Positions 1-11,945 are shown, counted from the first letter of the stretch. The stretch is 53,331 nt of DNA from Flavobacteriaceae bacterium (GCA_017856205.1 JAFMFL010000001.1:1-53331); one strand, 5' to 3'. A program made the numbers and translations. Notes: generated by a model not told the origin, from the sequence alone.

Positions 1-2694
1 ATCGATATGGATAAGCAAGTACTTACCAAAGACGATATTATTACCATCATTAAGTACTTGATTGAGTTGATTAACTCAAAAGCTGAAATTGATGATATTG
101 ACCACCTTTCTAACCGCCGTGTTCGTACGGTAGGTGAGCAGCTTTCATCTCAGTTTGGTGTAGGGCTTTCTCGAATGGCGCGTACCATTCGCGAGCGAAT
201 GAATGTTCGCGATAATGAGGTATTTACACCTATCGACTTGATTAATGCCAAAACGCTTTCATCAGTAATTAACTCATTTTTTGGAACCAATCAGCTTTCG
301 CAGTTTATGGACCAAACCAATCCATTGGCAGAAATTACGCACAAGCGTCGTTTATCTGCACTAGGGCCTGGTGGACTTTCGCGTGAGCGTGCTGGATTTG
401 AGGTGCGCGATGTGCACTACACGCACTATGGAAGGCTGTGTCCAATCGAAACACCTGAAGGACCAAATATTGGTTTGATATCTTCACTAGGGGTTTTTGC
501 TAAAGTGAATAACCTTGGATTTATCGAAACACCCTACTACAAAGTAGAAAATGGTGTTGTTGATATGTCCCAGTCGCAGTATTTGTCTGCCGAAGAGGAA
601 GAAGGTAAATTATTTGCACAAGCAAACATTGATAAAAGTGAGTCGGGTGAAATAGCTGCTGATAAAATTATTGCACGTTCAGAAGCAGATTATCCAGTAG
701 TTGACAAAACTGAAGTACACTACACAGACGTGGCACCAAACCAAATTGCGTCTATCTCGGCTTCCTTGATTCCATTTTTGGAGCACGATGATGCAAACCG
801 TGCACTAATGGGCTCAAACATGATGCGTCAGGCGGTTCCGCTATTGCGTCCGCAAGCGCCCATTGTAGGTACAGGTCTTGAGCGTCAAGTTGCTACAGAT
901 TCGCGTGTACTTATCAATGCTGAAGGGGATGGAAAGGTAATCTATGTTGATGCTGAAAAAGTTACCATCAAATACGATATGTCTGATGACGAGAGATTGG
1001 TTTCTTTTGATTCGGATGAAAAGACATATGAACTGATTAAATTTCGCAAAACCAATCAAGGTTCATGTATCAACCTGAAACCCATCGTTTCTGTTGGTGA
1101 CCGTGTAGAAAAAGGTCAAGTGCTTTGTCAAGGATATGCCACAGAAAACGGCGAACTTGCCCTTGGTAGAAACATGAAAGTGGCGTTTATGCCATGGAAA
1201 GGATACAACTTTGAGGATGCTATTGTGATCTCAGAAAAGGTGGTTCGCGATGATATCTTTACATCAATCCATATTGATGAGTATTCATTGGAAGTACGCG
1301 ACACCAAATTGGGTAAAGAGGAATTAACCAATGATATTCCAAACGTTAGCGAAGAGGCTACCAAAGATTTGGACGAAAATGGTATGATTCGTGTGGGTGC
1401 CGAAGTAGGTGCTGGCGACATCCTAATTGGTAAAATCACACCGAAAGGTGAATCTGATCCTACTCCAGAAGAAAAACTTCTTCGTGCTATTTTTGGTGAT
1501 AAAGCGGGAGATGTAAAAGATGCTTCGCTGAAAGCATCGCCATCACTTAACGGGGTTGTTATAGACAAGAAGCTCTTTACCCGAATTGTTAAGGATAAGC
1601 GTAAGCGTTCGCAAGACAAAGAAGCCATTACGGAATTAGAGGATAACTATGAAGTTAAATTTGAGAAGTTAAAATCTGTATTGGTAGAAAAATTATTTTC
1701 TATCCTTAGTGGCAAAACATGTCAGGGCGTTATGAATGATCTCGGTGAAGAAGTAATGCCTAAAGGCAAGAAATTCACTTTGAAAATGCTTAACGCTGTG
1801 GATGATTATGCACACCTTGTCAACTCCGACTGGACAGTAGATAAGCGTATAAATTCCCTAATTAATGACTTAATGCACAACTACAAAATCAAAGAAAATG
1901 ATTTACAGGGTGCCTTGAGAAGAAATAAATTCACTATTTCTGTGGGAGATGAACTACCCGCTGGAATTTTAAAGCTTGCCAAAGTGTATATCGCTAAAAA
2001 GCGCAAGTTGAAAGTAGGAGATAAAATGGCTGGGCGTCACGGAAACAAAGGTATTGTTGCTCGAATTGTACGTCAAGAAGACATGCCGTTCTTAGAAGAT
2101 GGAACCCCTGTGGATATTGTACTAAATCCGCTTGGTGTACCTTCACGAATGAACATTGGTCAGATTTATGAAACCGTTCTTGGTTGGGCTGGTCAGAAAT
2201 TGGGCAAAACATTTGCCACACCAATTTTTGATGGTGCTACCAACGAGCAAATTGACGCACTGACCAAAGAAGCGGGAGTCCCACAGTTTGGTCATACGTA
2301 TTTATATGATGGCGGAACAGGAGAGCGCTTTGATCAGCCAGCAACGGTGGGTGTAATTTACATGCTAAAACTCGGACACATGGTGGACGACAAAATGCAC
2401 TCGCGTTCTATTGGGCCATACTCGCTTATTACCCAGCAGCCGCTTGGTGGTAAAGCGCAGTTTGGTGGACAGCGATTTGGTGAAATGGAAGTATGGGCAC
2501 TTGAAGCATATGGTGCATCGAGTACCCTACAAGAAATCTTGACCGTGAAGTCTGACGACGTGATTGGTCGAGCCAAAACATACGAGTCAATTGTTAAGGG
2601 TGAAGCCATGCCAAAGCCTGGTCTTCCAGAATCCTTTAACGTATTGATGCACGAACTTAAAGGTCTTGGCCTTGATATTCGATTAGAAGAATAA
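1..2694 (+). CDS. rpoB: DNA-directed RNA polymerase subunit beta (5'-truncated by window edge)
   Basis: Open frame from base 1. Motifs [49 protein letters not shown]; followed by rpoC. Confidence 0.99.
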   Translation: MDMDKQVLTKDDIITIIKYLIELINSKAEIDDIDHLSNRRVRTVGEQLSSQFGVGLSRMARTIRERMNVRDNEVFTPIDLINAKTLSSVINSFFGTNQLSQFMDQTNPLAEITHKRRLSALGPGGLSRERAGFEVRDVHYTHYGRLCPIETPEGPNIGLISSLGVFAKVNNLGFIETPYYKVENGVVDMSQSQYLSAEEEEGKLFAQANIDKSESGEIAADKIIARSEADYPVVDKTEVHYTDVAPNQIASISASLIPFLEHDDANRALMGSNMMRQAVPLLRPQAPIVGTGLERQVATDSRVLINAEGDGKVIYVDAEKVTIKYDMSDDERLVSFDSDEKTYELIKFRKTNQGSCINLKPIVSVGDRVEKGQVLCQGYATENGELALGRNMKVAFMPWKGYNFEDAIVISEKVVRDDIFTSIHIDEYSLEVRDTKLGKEELTNDIPNVSEEATKDLDENGMIRVGAEVGAGDILIGKITPKGESDPTPEEKLLRAIFGDKAGDVKDASLKASPSLNGVVIDKKLFTRIVKDKRKRSQDKEAITELEDNYEVKFEKLKSVLVEKLFSILSGKTCQGVMNDLGEEVMPKGKKFTLKMLNAVDDYAHLVNSDWTVDKRINSLINDLMHNYKIKENDLQGALRRNKFTISVGDELPAGILKLAKVYIAKKRKLKVGDKMAGRHGNKGIVARIVRQEDMPFLEDGTPVDIVLNPLGVPSRMNIGQIYETVLGWAGQKLGKTFATPIFDGATNEQIDALTKEAGVPQFGHTYLYDGGTGERFDQPATVGVIYMLKLGHMVDDKMHSRSIGPYSLITQQPLGGKAQFGGQRFGEMEVWALEAYGASSTLQEILTVKSDDVIGRAKTYESIVKGEAMPKPGLPESFNVLMHELKGLGLDIRLEE

Positions 2695-2707
2695 TAAAAG
2701 TATTGAC

Positions 2708-5700
2708 ATGGCACGTATAAACGAAATACAACAACAAAAAGATTTTAATAAAATCTCCATTGGGCTTTCATCGCCCGAAACCATTTTAGCAGCTTCGAAA
2801 GGGGAGGTGTTAAAACCAGAAACCATCAACTACCGTACGCACAAACCAGAGCGTGACGGTTTGTTTTGTGAGCGTATTTTTGGTCCTGTAAAGGATTTTG
2901 AATGTGCTTGTGGAAAATATAAGCGTATTCGATACAAAGGAATTGTTTGTGACCGCTGTGGGGTAGAAGTAACAGAGAAAAAGGTACGCCGCGACCGTGT
3001 TGGACACATCAGCTTAGTGGTGCCTGTGGCACACATTTGGTACTTCCGCTCACTGCCTAACAAAATTGGCTACTTGCTTGGACTTCCGTCCAAGAAGTTG
3101 GATATGATTATTTACTACGAAAGATACGTAGTTATTCAACCAGGTATTGCGACCAACGAAGAAGGAGAACCTGTTCAAAAAATGGATTTCTTGACCGAGG
3201 AAGAGTACCTAAACATCCTGGAAAAACTTCCGCAAGACAACCAATATTTGGAAGATAGTGACCCAAATAAGTTTATTGCAAAAATGGGTGCGGAGTGTTT
3301 GATTGAAATTTTGAATCGCATTGATTTAGATGAACTTTCGTATCAGTTGCGCGATAAAGCCAACAACGAAACTTCAAAGCAACGTAAAACAGAAGCGCTA
3401 AAGCGCCTTCAAGTTGTTGAGGCGTTCCGTGATGCAAACAAAAACCGCGAAAACCGTCCAGAGTGGATGATTATGAAGGTAGTACCTGTGATTCCACCAG
3501 AATTACGCCCGTTGGTACCACTAGATGGTGGTCGTTTTGCCACTTCTGATTTGAACGACTTATATCGTCGTGTCATTATCCGTAACAATCGTTTAAAGCG
3601 TTTGTTAGAGATTAAAGCACCAGAGGTGATTTTGCGAAACGAAAAGCGTATGCTGCAAGAGTCTGTAGATTCGTTGTTTGATAACACACGTAAGTCTTCT
3701 GCGGTAAAAACAGATGCAAACCGTCCGCTAAAATCACTTTCAGACTCGCTCAAAGGAAAGCAAGGACGTTTCCGTCAAAACTTACTTGGTAAACGTGTTG
3801 ATTACTCTGCGCGTTCGGTAATTGTAGTTGGACCCGAGCTTAAACTTTATGAGTGTGGTTTGCCAAAGAATATGGCTGCCGAATTGTATAAGCCGTTTAT
3901 CATTCGCAAACTTATTGAGCGCGGCATTGTAAAAACGGTAAAATCTGCAAAGAAAATTATTGATAAGCGTGAGCCTGTGGTATGGGATATTTTAGAAAAT
4001 GTCCTTAAAGGGCATCCTGTACTATTGAACCGCGCCCCCACGCTTCACCGCTTGGGTATTCAAGCTTTCCAGCCAAAACTGATTGAAGGAAAAGCGATTC
4101 AGTTACACCCACTGGCGTGTACCGCATTTAACGCCGACTTTGATGGCGACCAAATGGCAGTACACTTACCACTAGGTCCAGAGGCAATTCTTGAAGCGCA
4201 GTTATTAATGTTGGCATCGCATAACATTCTTAACCCAGCCAACGGTTCGCCAATCACAGTACCCTCTCAAGACATGGTACTTGGATTGTATTATATGACC
4301 AAAGCACGTAAGTCTACTAAAGACCATAAGGTTAAAGGAGAAGGCTTAACTTTCTATAGCGCTGATGAGGTAAATATTGCCTTTAACGAAGGTAAAGTTA
4401 ACCTTAATGCAATGGTTAAAATCCGCGCAAAAGACTTTAACGATGCTGGTGAGTTGGTGTATCAAATTATCGACACAACTGTAGGTAGAATATTATTCAA
4501 CCAACATGTGCCCGAACAAGCTGGTTATATCAACGAAGTATTAACTAAAAAATCCCTTCGTGGAATTATTGGTAATATTCTTAAGGTGACAAGCGTTCCT
4601 GAGACGGCTGAATTCCTTGATAAAATTAAGGATATGGGCTTCTCGTTTGCATTCAAAGGAGGGCTGTCGTTTAGTTTGGGTGATATTATTATCCCAAAAG
4701 AAAAAACAGTATTGATTGATGAGGCCAATGAACAAGTAGATGGCATTATTGCGAACTACAACATGGGTCTTATCACCAATAATGAGCGTTACAATCAGGT
4801 AATTGATATTTGGACATCTACCAATGCAACACTTACCGAGCTTGCCATGAAGCGCATTAGCGAAGATCAGCAAGGATTTAACTCGGTATATATGATGTTG
4901 GATTCGGGAGCTCGTGGTTCTAAAGAGCAAATTCGTCAGCTTACGGGTATGCGTGGACTGATGGCGAAGCCTAAAAAATCGAACTCTGGTGGAGGAGAAA
5001 TTATCGAAAACCCGATTCTATCCAATTTTAAAGAAGGACTTTCGATTTTGGAGTACTTTATTTCTACCCACGGTGCACGTAAAGGTCTTGCCGATACAGC
5101 ACTTAAAACTGCCGATGCAGGATACTTAACACGTCGCTTGCACGATGTGGCACAAGACGTAATCGTAAATGAAGACGATTGTGGTACACTTCGCGGACTT
5201 ACGGTTTCTGCATTAAAGAAAAACGAAGAAATCGTTGAATCTCTTGGAGATCGTATTCTTGGGCGTGTAGCTTTGCACGATATTATTAACCCACTTTCGG
5301 GTGATGTTCTTGTTACTGCAGGGGAGGAAATTTTAGATGCTCATGTTAAGGCTATCGAAGCATCTCCCATTGAAAGTGTTGAGGTTCGCTCACCACTAAC
5401 CTGTGAGGCGAAAAAAGGAATTTGTGCCAAATGTTATGGGCGCAACCTTGCAACAGGTAAAATGGTGCAAATGGGTGAATCTGTGGGTGTTATTGCTGCA
5501 CAGTCGATTGGAGAGCCTGGGACACAGCTTACACTTCGTACGTTCCACGTAGGGGGTATTGCTGGCAACATTTCCGAGGAAAACAAACTCATTGCTCGTT
5601 TTGATGGAGTTGTAGAAATTGAAGAACTCAAAACTGTTGATGGAAAAGATAACGATGGAAATCCTGCTAAGATTGTAATTTCACGCACCTCTGAAATCAA

Positions 5701-7009
5701 GGTTGTGGATAAAAACACAGGTATTGTTCTCAGTACCAACAACATTCCTTATGGATCGTTTGTTTTTGTAAAAGATGGGCAAACAATCAAAAAAGGAGAT
5801 GTGATTTGTCAATGGGATCCTTATAATGGGGTGATTATTTCTGAATTTACAGGCTCTATAGGATATGAAAACATTGAGCAAGGTGTTACCTACCAAGTAG
5901 AAATTGATGAACAAACAGGTTTCCAAGAGAAGGTTATTTCGGAATCAAGAAACAAAAAAATCATTCCTACCTTATTGATTAAGGATGCTAAAGGTAAAAC
6001 GTTACAATCGTACAACTTACCTGTAGGCGCTCACCTTATGGTAAACGATGGTGAGAAAATAGAGAATGGTAAAATTTTAGTGAAAATTCCTCGTAAGTCT
6101 GCAAAATCTGGAGATATTACAGGAGGTCTGCCACGAGTTACGGAGCTTTTCGAGGCGCGTAATCCGTCTAACCCTGCTGTAGTTTCTGAAATTGATGGAG
6201 TGGTAACCTTTGGTAAAATCAAGCGTGGAAACCGTGAGATTATTGTTGAATCACGAACAGGTCAAATAAAGAAATATCTTGTCAAGCTTTCGAATCAAAT
6301 TTTGGTTCAAGAAAATGACTTTGTAAAGGCAGGTATGCCACTTTCGGATGGTGCCATAACGCCTAATGATATTTTATCTATTAAAGGACCTGCTGCTGTA
6401 CAACAGTATTTGGTTAACGAAGTACAAGAAGTATATCGTTTACAAGGGGTGAAAATCAACGACAAGCACTTTGAAGTTGTAGTGCGCCAGATGATGCGTA
6501 AGGTTCAAATTCAAGATTCGGGTGATACTACCTTCCTAGAAGGACAATTGGTGCACAAAATGGATTTCATCGAAGAAAACGACGCGCTATTTGGTCAAAA
6601 AGTGGTGTTGGATGCTGGCGATTCTGAAAACCTTAAAGCAGGTCAAATTATTACAGCACGTCAATTACGTGACGAAAACTCTTTACTAAAACGCGAAGAC
6701 AAAAACCTAGTAGAAGCCCGCGATGCTGTAAACGCTACTGCAACGCCAATTCTACAAGGAATTACAAGAGCATCGCTACAGACCAAGTCGTTTATTTCGG
6801 CAGCGTCGTTCCAAGAAACCACTAAGGTACTTAACGAAGCCGCTGTTGCAGGTAAAATAGATACCCTTGAAGGACTGAAAGAAAACGTTATTGTAGGTCA
6901 TAAGATTCCAGCGGGTACGGGTAACCGTGCCTTTAACGATATTATTGTGGGCTACACGGACGAATATGAAGCGTTAATCGCTGAAAAATCTTTAAGTGCT
7001 GATGTATAA
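2708..7009 (+). CDS. rpoC: DNA-directed RNA polymerase subunit beta'
   Basis: 1433 aa with catalytic NADFDGDQM, zinc-binding CACGKY/CDRCGVE and TLRTFH. Confidence 0.99.
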   Translation: MARINEIQQQKDFNKISIGLSSPETILAASKGEVLKPETINYRTHKPERDGLFCERIFGPVKDFECACGKYKRIRYKGIVCDRCGVEVTEKKVRRDRVGHISLVVPVAHIWYFRSLPNKIGYLLGLPSKKLDMIIYYERYVVIQPGIATNEEGEPVQKMDFLTEEEYLNILEKLPQDNQYLEDSDPNKFIAKMGAECLIEILNRIDLDELSYQLRDKANNETSKQRKTEALKRLQVVEAFRDANKNRENRPEWMIMKVVPVIPPELRPLVPLDGGRFATSDLNDLYRRVIIRNNRLKRLLEIKAPEVILRNEKRMLQESVDSLFDNTRKSSAVKTDANRPLKSLSDSLKGKQGRFRQNLLGKRVDYSARSVIVVGPELKLYECGLPKNMAAELYKPFIIRKLIERGIVKTVKSAKKIIDKREPVVWDILENVLKGHPVLLNRAPTLHRLGIQAFQPKLIEGKAIQLHPLACTAFNADFDGDQMAVHLPLGPEAILEAQLLMLASHNILNPANGSPITVPSQDMVLGLYYMTKARKSTKDHKVKGEGLTFYSADEVNIAFNEGKVNLNAMVKIRAKDFNDAGELVYQIIDTTVGRILFNQHVPEQAGYINEVLTKKSLRGIIGNILKVTSVPETAEFLDKIKDMGFSFAFKGGLSFSLGDIIIPKEKTVLIDEANEQVDGIIANYNMGLITNNERYNQVIDIWTSTNATLTELAMKRISEDQQGFNSVYMMLDSGARGSKEQIRQLTGMRGLMAKPKKSNSGGGEIIENPILSNFKEGLSILEYFISTHGARKGLADTALKTADAGYLTRRLHDVAQDVIVNEDDCGTLRGLTVSALKKNEEIVESLGDRILGRVALHDIINPLSGDVLVTAGEEILDAHVKAIEASPIESVEVRSPLTCEAKKGICAKCYGRNLATGKMVQMGESVGVIAAQSIGEPGTQLTLRTFHVGGIAGNISEENKLIARFDGVVEIEELKTVDGKDNDGNPAKIVISRTSEIKVVDKNTGIVLSTNNIPYGSFVFVKDGQTIKKGDVICQWDPYNGVIISEFTGSIGYENIEQGVTYQVEIDEQTGFQEKVISESRNKKIIPTLLIKDAKGKTLQSYNLPVGAHLMVNDGEKIENGKILVKIPRKSAKSGDITGGLPRVTELFEARNPSNPAVVSEIDGVVTFGKIKRGNREIIVESRTGQIKKYLVKLSNQILVQENDFVKAGMPLSDGAITPNDILSIKGPAAVQQYLVNEVQEVYRLQGVKINDKHFEVVVRQMMRKVQIQDSGDTTFLEGQLVHKMDFIEENDALFGQKVVLDAGDSENLKAGQIITARQLRDENSLLKREDKNLVEARDAVNATATPILQGITRASLQTKSFISAASFQETTKVLNEAAVAGKIDTLEGLKENVIVGHKIPAGTGNRAFNDIIVGYTDEYEALIAEKSLSADV

Positions 7010-7320
7010 TGAGTGATAAGGCAAAAAAAGACGGGAGTATCAATATCGAGCTTGATCCGGAAACGGCACAAGGTACGTACTCTAATTTGGCGATTATTAA
7101 CCATTCGGCTTCTGAGTTTGTAGTAGATTTTATTAATATCATGCCTGGCGCGCCAAAAGCAAAAGTGCGATCACGTATCATACTTACGCCACAGCACGCC
7201 AAGCGATTTTTAAAGGCCTTAGGCGAAAATGTACAACGCTTTGAAGCTGCCCACGGCGAAATTAACGACTATGAGCAACCGCCCATACCGCTTAATTTTG
7301 GTCCAACCGGCGAAGCATAA
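7009..7320 (+). CDS. DUF3467 family protein
   Basis: GTYSNLAIINHSASEFVVDF and SRIILTPQHAKR pattern. ATG overlaps the rpoC stop (TAATG), the usual position in Bacteroidota. Confidence 0.85.
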   Translation: MSDKAKKDGSINIELDPETAQGTYSNLAIINHSASEFVVDFINIMPGAPKAKVRSRIILTPQHAKRFLKALGENVQRFEAAHGEINDYEQPPIPLNFGPTGEA

Positions 7321-7325
7321 AAAAC

Positions 7326-7353
7326 AAAACCCCGCTGAAAAGCGGGGTTTTTT
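7326..7353. terminator. Bidirectional intrinsic terminator between the rpoBC operon and prfC
   Basis: AAAACCCCGCT-GAAA-AGCGGGGTTTT stem with A tract upstream and T tract downstream, between convergent genes. Confidence 0.9.
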
Positions 7354-7364
7354 ATTAGTTGTGA

Positions 7365-8951
7365 TTAAAACTCCGAAGTAGCATGAAAAGCAACACCTGG
7401 ATATTTGCTTTGGGTCATTTGTAGGGTAAAGGCGGAATCTGCTAAAAACACCAATTGTCCCTGTTTGTCACGCGCCAAAAACTTGGATTTGGTTTGTTTA
7501 AAGTCTGCAAAATCTGCATCACCACTTTCGTTGACTGCTACCCAACAGGCTTTGTGTACGTTTAGGTTTTCGTAGGAGCAGCTTGCACCATATTCGTGCT
7601 CTAAGCGATACTGAATCACATCAAACTGAAGTGCACCTACAGTCCCCACTACTTTACGTCCATTTAGCTCAAGGGTAAACAACTGGGCAACGCCTTCGTC
7701 CATAAGTTGGTCTATGCCTTTGTTAAGTTGTTTGGCTTTCATGGGGTCAGCATTGTTAATGTATCTAAAATGCTCGGGTGAAAAACTCGGAATACCTTTA
7801 AAATGTACCTGTTCGCCAGAAGTGAGTGTGTCGCCAATTTTAAAATTTCCGGTATCATGTAGACCCACGATATCACCAGGATATGAGATGTCTACAATTT
7901 CTTTTTTGTCCGCAAAAAACGCATTTGGACTACTAAACTTTAGCTTTTTATTGTAACGTACATGAAGGTAAGGCACATTTCGTACAAAGGTTCCGGAAAC
8001 GATTTTCACAAACGCCAATCTATCGCGGTGTTTGGGATCCATATTAGCGTGGATTTTGAACACAAAACCCGAAAAAGCTTCTTCATTGGGCGCTATGGTA
8101 CGTTCCTCACTGTTTTTGGGTTGGGGTGGTGGCGCAATGTCCACAAAGCAATCTAACAATTCTTGTACCCCAAAATTGTTTAGCGCAGAACCAAAAAATA
8201 CGGGATGTTGCTGCCCGTTCAAATAAGCATCTCTGTCAAAGTTAGGATATACTTCACGCACCAATTCCAATTCCTCTTCAAGCGTGGCTTTTGCAGCACT
8301 ACCTATGGCGTTTTTGAGGGCATCATCGTCTAAGCTTTCGATGACGCTACTGTTGCTGATAGTGGTTTTACTTTCGCTATCAAATAGACGAATATTGTTA
8401 TTCCACAAATTGTAAATGCCTTGAAAATCGTAGCCCATGCCTATGGGAAAACTCATGGGTACGGTGGTAAGTCCTAATTTTTGTTCTACCTCGTCTAACA
8501 GGTCAAAAGCATCTTTTCCTTCACGGTCTAATTTGTTGATAAACACAATGATAGGAATGTTTCGCATACGGCAAACCGACACCAATTTTTCGGTTTGCTC
8601 CTCTACGCCTTTTGCTACATCAATAACTACAATAACACTATCTACGGCAGTAAGTGTGCGATAGGTGTCTTCGGCAAAATCCTTGTGACCGGGCGTATCT
8701 AGAATATTGATTTTTTTGTTTTTATATAAAAATGCAAGCACAGACGTAGCTACAGAAATTCCGCGCTGACGTTCTATTTCCATAAAGTCACTTGTTGCTG
8801 ATTTTTTAATTTTGTTTGACTTTACGGCACCTGCCTCTTGAATAGCACCACCAAAGAGCAGAAGCTTTTCGGTTAGCGTTGTTTTACCAGCATCGGGGTG
8901 GGAGATAATACCAAATGTGCGGCGTCGGGAAATTTCTTCGAGAAAACTCAT
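7365..8951 (-). CDS. prfC: Peptide chain release factor 3
   Basis: RRTFGIISHPDAGKTT, DTPGHKDF, NKLD. Start set at MSFLEEISRRR (ATG 8951), directly after a TAnnTTTG box. Confidence 0.97.
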   Translation of the reverse strand: MSFLEEISRRRTFGIISHPDAGKTTLTEKLLLFGGAIQEAGAVKSNKIKKSATSDFMEIERQRGISVATSVLAFLYKNKKINILDTPGHKDFAEDTYRTLTAVDSVIVVIDVAKGVEEQTEKLVSVCRMRNIPIIVFINKLDREGKDAFDLLDEVEQKLGLTTVPMSFPIGMGYDFQGIYNLWNNNIRLFDSESKTTISNSSVIESLDDDALKNAIGSAAKATLEEELELVREVYPNFDRDAYLNGQQHPVFFGSALNNFGVQELLDCFVDIAPPPQPKNSEERTIAPNEEAFSGFVFKIHANMDPKHRDRLAFVKIVSGTFVRNVPYLHVRYNKKLKFSSPNAFFADKKEIVDISYPGDIVGLHDTGNFKIGDTLTSGEQVHFKGIPSFSPEHFRYINNADPMKAKQLNKGIDQLMDEGVAQLFTLELNGRKVVGTVGALQFDVIQYRLEHEYGASCSYENLNVHKACWVAVNESGDADFADFKQTKSKFLARDKQGQLVFLADSAFTLQMTQSKYPGVAFHATSEF

Positions 8952-9021
8952 GTGCGCAAAAATACGTTGATTTCGTAAAAAGACGCCGTACCACGTCATT
9001 TTTTGTATTTTTAAGTCCGAT

Positions 9022-9540
9022 ATGGAGGAACAGGTTATTTTAGTTGATAAGCAGGACAATCCGATAGGGTTGATGCCCAAAATGGAGGCTCACGAAAAGG
9101 GAGTATTGCATCGTGCATTTTCGGTTTTTATCCTTAACTACAAAGGTGAACTTATGTTGCAACAACGTGCTTTGCACAAATACCATTCGCCGGGTTTGTG
9201 GACCAATACCTGCTGCAGTCATCAGCGCAATGGCGAAAGTAATATCGCTGCTGGTCAGCGCAGATTGCGAGAGGAAATGGGATTTGTTGCTGAACTACGC
9301 GAAGTAACCTCTTTTATTTACAAAGCCCCTTTTGACAACGGACTTACTGAACATGAGCTAGATCACATCATGATTGGGCAATATAACGACGAACCCAATA
9401 TCAACCCTGAAGAAGTAGCCGATTGGAAATGGATGCATGTTGATGCCGTTCGTGACGACATTCACATACACCCCGAAAAGTATACCGCGTGGTTTATCAT
9501 TATCTTTGAGCAATTCTATGAAAAAATAAAATTGCTATGA
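9022..9540 (+). CDS. idi: Isopentenyl-diphosphate delta-isomerase (type 1)
   Basis: LHRAFSVF, WTNTCCSH, RRLREEMG, EHELDH motifs. Confidence 0.95.
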   Translation: MEEQVILVDKQDNPIGLMPKMEAHEKGVLHRAFSVFILNYKGELMLQQRALHKYHSPGLWTNTCCSHQRNGESNIAAGQRRLREEMGFVAELREVTSFIYKAPFDNGLTEHELDHIMIGQYNDEPNINPEEVADWKWMHVDAVRDDIHIHPEKYTAWFIIIFEQFYEKIKLL

Positions 9541-9953
9541 ATAAAGTGACTGTGAGCCGAAAGGCACACTTTAACGCAGCGCATCGGCTATACAGAAAAG
9601 ACTGGAGCGACGCCCAAAACGAAGCTGTTTTTGACAAATGCAACAACCCGTATTTTCACGGGCACAACTACGAACTCATCGTGTCAGTTACAGGAGAAAT
9701 TGACCCAGAAACAGGTTATGTGATGGATATGAAAGTGCTAAAAGACTTGATTAAAACCCACATAGAAGATGCATTTGACCACAAAAACCTAAACGAGCAA
9801 GTGCCTGAATTTGCGTCGCTTATTCCTACTGCAGAAAATATTTCGGTGGTAATTTGGGAGAAGTTAAGACCACATATTGACAAGAAAAACGATTTATCCA
9901 TAACTTTGTATGAAACCCCCAGAAACTATGTACAGTTTTCGGGACCTAACTAA
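9537..9953 (+). CDS. 6-pyruvoyl-tetrahydropterin synthase family (COG0720), C-X5-HGH subtype
   Basis: FNAAHRL, CNNPYFHGHNY, DHKNLN, PTAEN, LYETP motifs. Confidence 0.9.
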   Translation: MNKVTVSRKAHFNAAHRLYRKDWSDAQNEAVFDKCNNPYFHGHNYELIVSVTGEIDPETGYVMDMKVLKDLIKTHIEDAFDHKNLNEQVPEFASLIPTAENISVVIWEKLRPHIDKKNDLSITLYETPRNYVQFSGPN

Positions 9954-9961
9954 AAAATCCT

Positions 9962-10228
9962 ATGGCAACGATTCGCGATTTAAAAAAAGACATCAACCAT
10001 GTGTTGGGAGAAATTATTGAAATGACGTTGGATTGGGAAAAAGCCAATCCCGACGCCGACAAAAAACCTTCGGCGGCTATTGTTGACGAAGCCATAACCG
10101 CTTATGATACCTTTAGCGCAAAAATTTACCAAAAAGACATTGAGAACAAAAAGGCGCATTTTCGCGCGATTCAAGATGAGCTTGCCGAAAAAGGCAATGC
10201 ACTCATTGAAAAGCTCAATGCGCTGTAA
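9962..10228 (+). CDS. Small helical hypothetical protein (88 aa)
   Basis: Co-directional ORF 8 nt after the PTPS gene, with an A-rich leader and amphipathic helical pattern (RDLKKDINHVLGEII). Confidence 0.75.
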   Translation: MATIRDLKKDINHVLGEIIEMTLDWEKANPDADKKPSAAIVDEAITAYDTFSAKIYQKDIENKKAHFRAIQDELAEKGNALIEKLNAL

Positions 10229-10820
10229 GCACTTTTCTGAAAGTTAGGTTAATGCGTGGGTCAACTGCTCTGGCAGTTTTGGCAATTTGATGCTTCCAAA
10301 AGTGTTGTGTAGTCCCTTCCATAAGTAGTAAACTCCCATGAGAAAGGGCAAACTTCAACCTTTGGGTTTTATCGTGTTTGTGCTTGAGGTGAAAATAGCG
10401 TTCTGCACCCAAACTCACTGAAGCAATCACAGGATTTGTGCCTAATTCTGGCTCGTCGTCGGCGTGCCAACCGTTGCTGTCTTTTCCTGTCCGGTATAAA
10501 TTGAGCAGAACGGTGGTAAAATTTTCAGCGCAATAGGATTTAATTTTTGCTTCGATTTCTAACAGCGATTGGGTCATCGGTTTTGGTTGCATCACAATTC
10601 CTGAGTAGCCGTAAGGGGCAGTAGTGTGTCCATGCAACGAAGTCATGCGTGGTTGTGGGTAGGTTTTACCAAAAAGAGTAATCGGATCGTTTTGCCATGC
10701 GATAGTATCCTGCAACTCTAAAAAATATGCATCTGCAATATCTTTTGATAAAAAATTTGGATAATACCGTATTGATGCGTCGGGCAGTTTGGGCTCAAAA
10801 ACATCAAAAAGCAAGGACAT
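10215..10820 (-). CDS. AlkB-family Fe(II)/2-oxoglutarate dioxygenase (ALKBH2/3-like)
   Basis: LLNLYRTGKDSNGWHADDE (HxD), HQIAK and RINLTFR motifs. Confidence 0.92.
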   Translation of the reverse strand: MSLLFDVFEPKLPDASIRYYPNFLSKDIADAYFLELQDTIAWQNDPITLFGKTYPQPRMTSLHGHTTAPYGYSGIVMQPKPMTQSLLEIEAKIKSYCAENFTTVLLNLYRTGKDSNGWHADDEPELGTNPVIASVSLGAERYFHLKHKHDKTQRLKFALSHGSLLLMEGTTQHFWKHQIAKTARAVDPRINLTFRKVLTAH

Positions 10821-11152
10821 TATTCAGATTGCTTTTTATTGTTTCGCTTTTTGATGGTTTCCTCTTTATAATGTAAAAACAAGGTGTTTACAAACCCCAA
10901 AATCAACGCCACGCCCACAATGATATACGCCATGGTGAAAAGTTTGCCCAAATCGGTTTGGGGTGAAAAATCGCCATAACCAATGGTGGTAAGGGTAATG
11001 ACGGAAAAATAAAGCGAATCTAACCACGACCAACCCTCAATAAGACGGTAGGCAACTGTGCCGATTGCCAAAAAAAAGTTGGTTGCAAAAATCAACGCGC
11101 GATAGGCAGGGTCGCGCCAAAACGAAAGCAGGGTGCGCCAGAAAAATAGCAT
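10820..11152 (-). CDS. Two-TM potassium channel pore-domain protein (KcsA-like, 110 aa)
   Basis: Selectivity filter TLTTIGYGD, pore helix DSLYFSVIT, two hydrophobic helices. Confidence 0.92.
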   Translation of the reverse strand: MLFFWRTLLSFWRDPAYRALIFATNFFLAIGTVAYRLIEGWSWLDSLYFSVITLTTIGYGDFSPQTDLGKLFTMAYIIVGVALILGFVNTLFLHYKEETIKKRNNKKQSE

Positions 11153-11200
11153 GGTGTAAGGTTTTTATAAAATTAGGGAATTTTAGAGAATAATAGTTTA

Positions 11201-11866
11201 TCACTTCTTGTTGGCATAAAAATCCAGAATATGTTTGGGAATTTTAACATCTTTTTTCATATGCATATCAGGTTTGGGGTATTCACAAATGGTTTTTACG
11301 GGAATGGTTCCAGCCCAATAGTCCAATTCCAAATCGGCCTTGTTGTCCGAGGGCGGCGTATCGGCAATTTTAGCAGAAGCCGTTTCTATACTAATTTCCA
11401 ACACACGCGTTGCTTTAAGTTCACCTTGATTTGGCGGTCTGCAATGCTCCCATCTGTTGGGTACAAAATGATTGATAATACATTTCAATCCATGCAGCTT
11501 GTCCTCATCTGAAATAAGTTCTTTTACTCGACCAAAAACTACTGCAGAACGGTAATTTACCGAATGATGAAACGCAGAACGTGTCAGCTTCATTGCATCT
11601 AAAATCGTAACATTTAAGCACACTTCTTTTGTTGCGATAAGTTTAGATGTCATACGGTTTGAGTAAGCGCCGTGTAGGTAGATTTTGTTCTCAAAACGCC
11701 CAAAATTTATGGGCTGAACAAAGGCTTTTCCGTTGTGTGTAAATGCAATATGACAGATTTCGGTAGCGTCTAAAATGCCATACACCACCTCTTTGTCATA
11801 CGAAGCTTTTTTTGCACCTCGTTTTAATGTATTAATCGGGGTTTTTTCAAATTTCATGGATATCAT
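11201..11866 (-). CDS. Pyridoxamine 5'-phosphate oxidase-like (NimA-type) flavin-binding protein
   Basis: IYLHGA, RSAFHHSVNYRSAVVFG, ELKAT, WAGTIP. The start could instead be the second Met (11857). Confidence 0.85.
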   Translation of the reverse strand: MISMKFEKTPINTLKRGAKKASYDKEVVYGILDATEICHIAFTHNGKAFVQPINFGRFENKIYLHGAYSNRMTSKLIATKEVCLNVTILDAMKLTRSAFHHSVNYRSAVVFGRVKELISDEDKLHGLKCIINHFVPNRWEHCRPPNQGELKATRVLEISIETASAKIADTPPSDNKADLELDYWAGTIPVKTICEYPKPDMHMKKDVKIPKHILDFYANKK

Positions 11867-11883
11867 TTGGTTACCCCTAAAGT

Positions 11884-11922
11884 ATTAAAAATCCCTCAAC
11901 TGTAACAGTGAGGGATTTTAAT
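11884..11922 (-). terminator. Intrinsic terminator of htpG
   Basis: AAAATCCCTCA (11888-11898) pairs with TGAGGGATTTT (11909-11919); T tract on the minus strand. Confidence 0.8.
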
Positions 11923-11945
11923 TTAATCTTCTGAGCAAAGCCGAA

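Noticed and set aside
1..7009. Inteins, frameshifts or rpoB-rpoC fusion
   Set aside because: Both frames are continuous, separately terminated and of normal Bacteroidota size.
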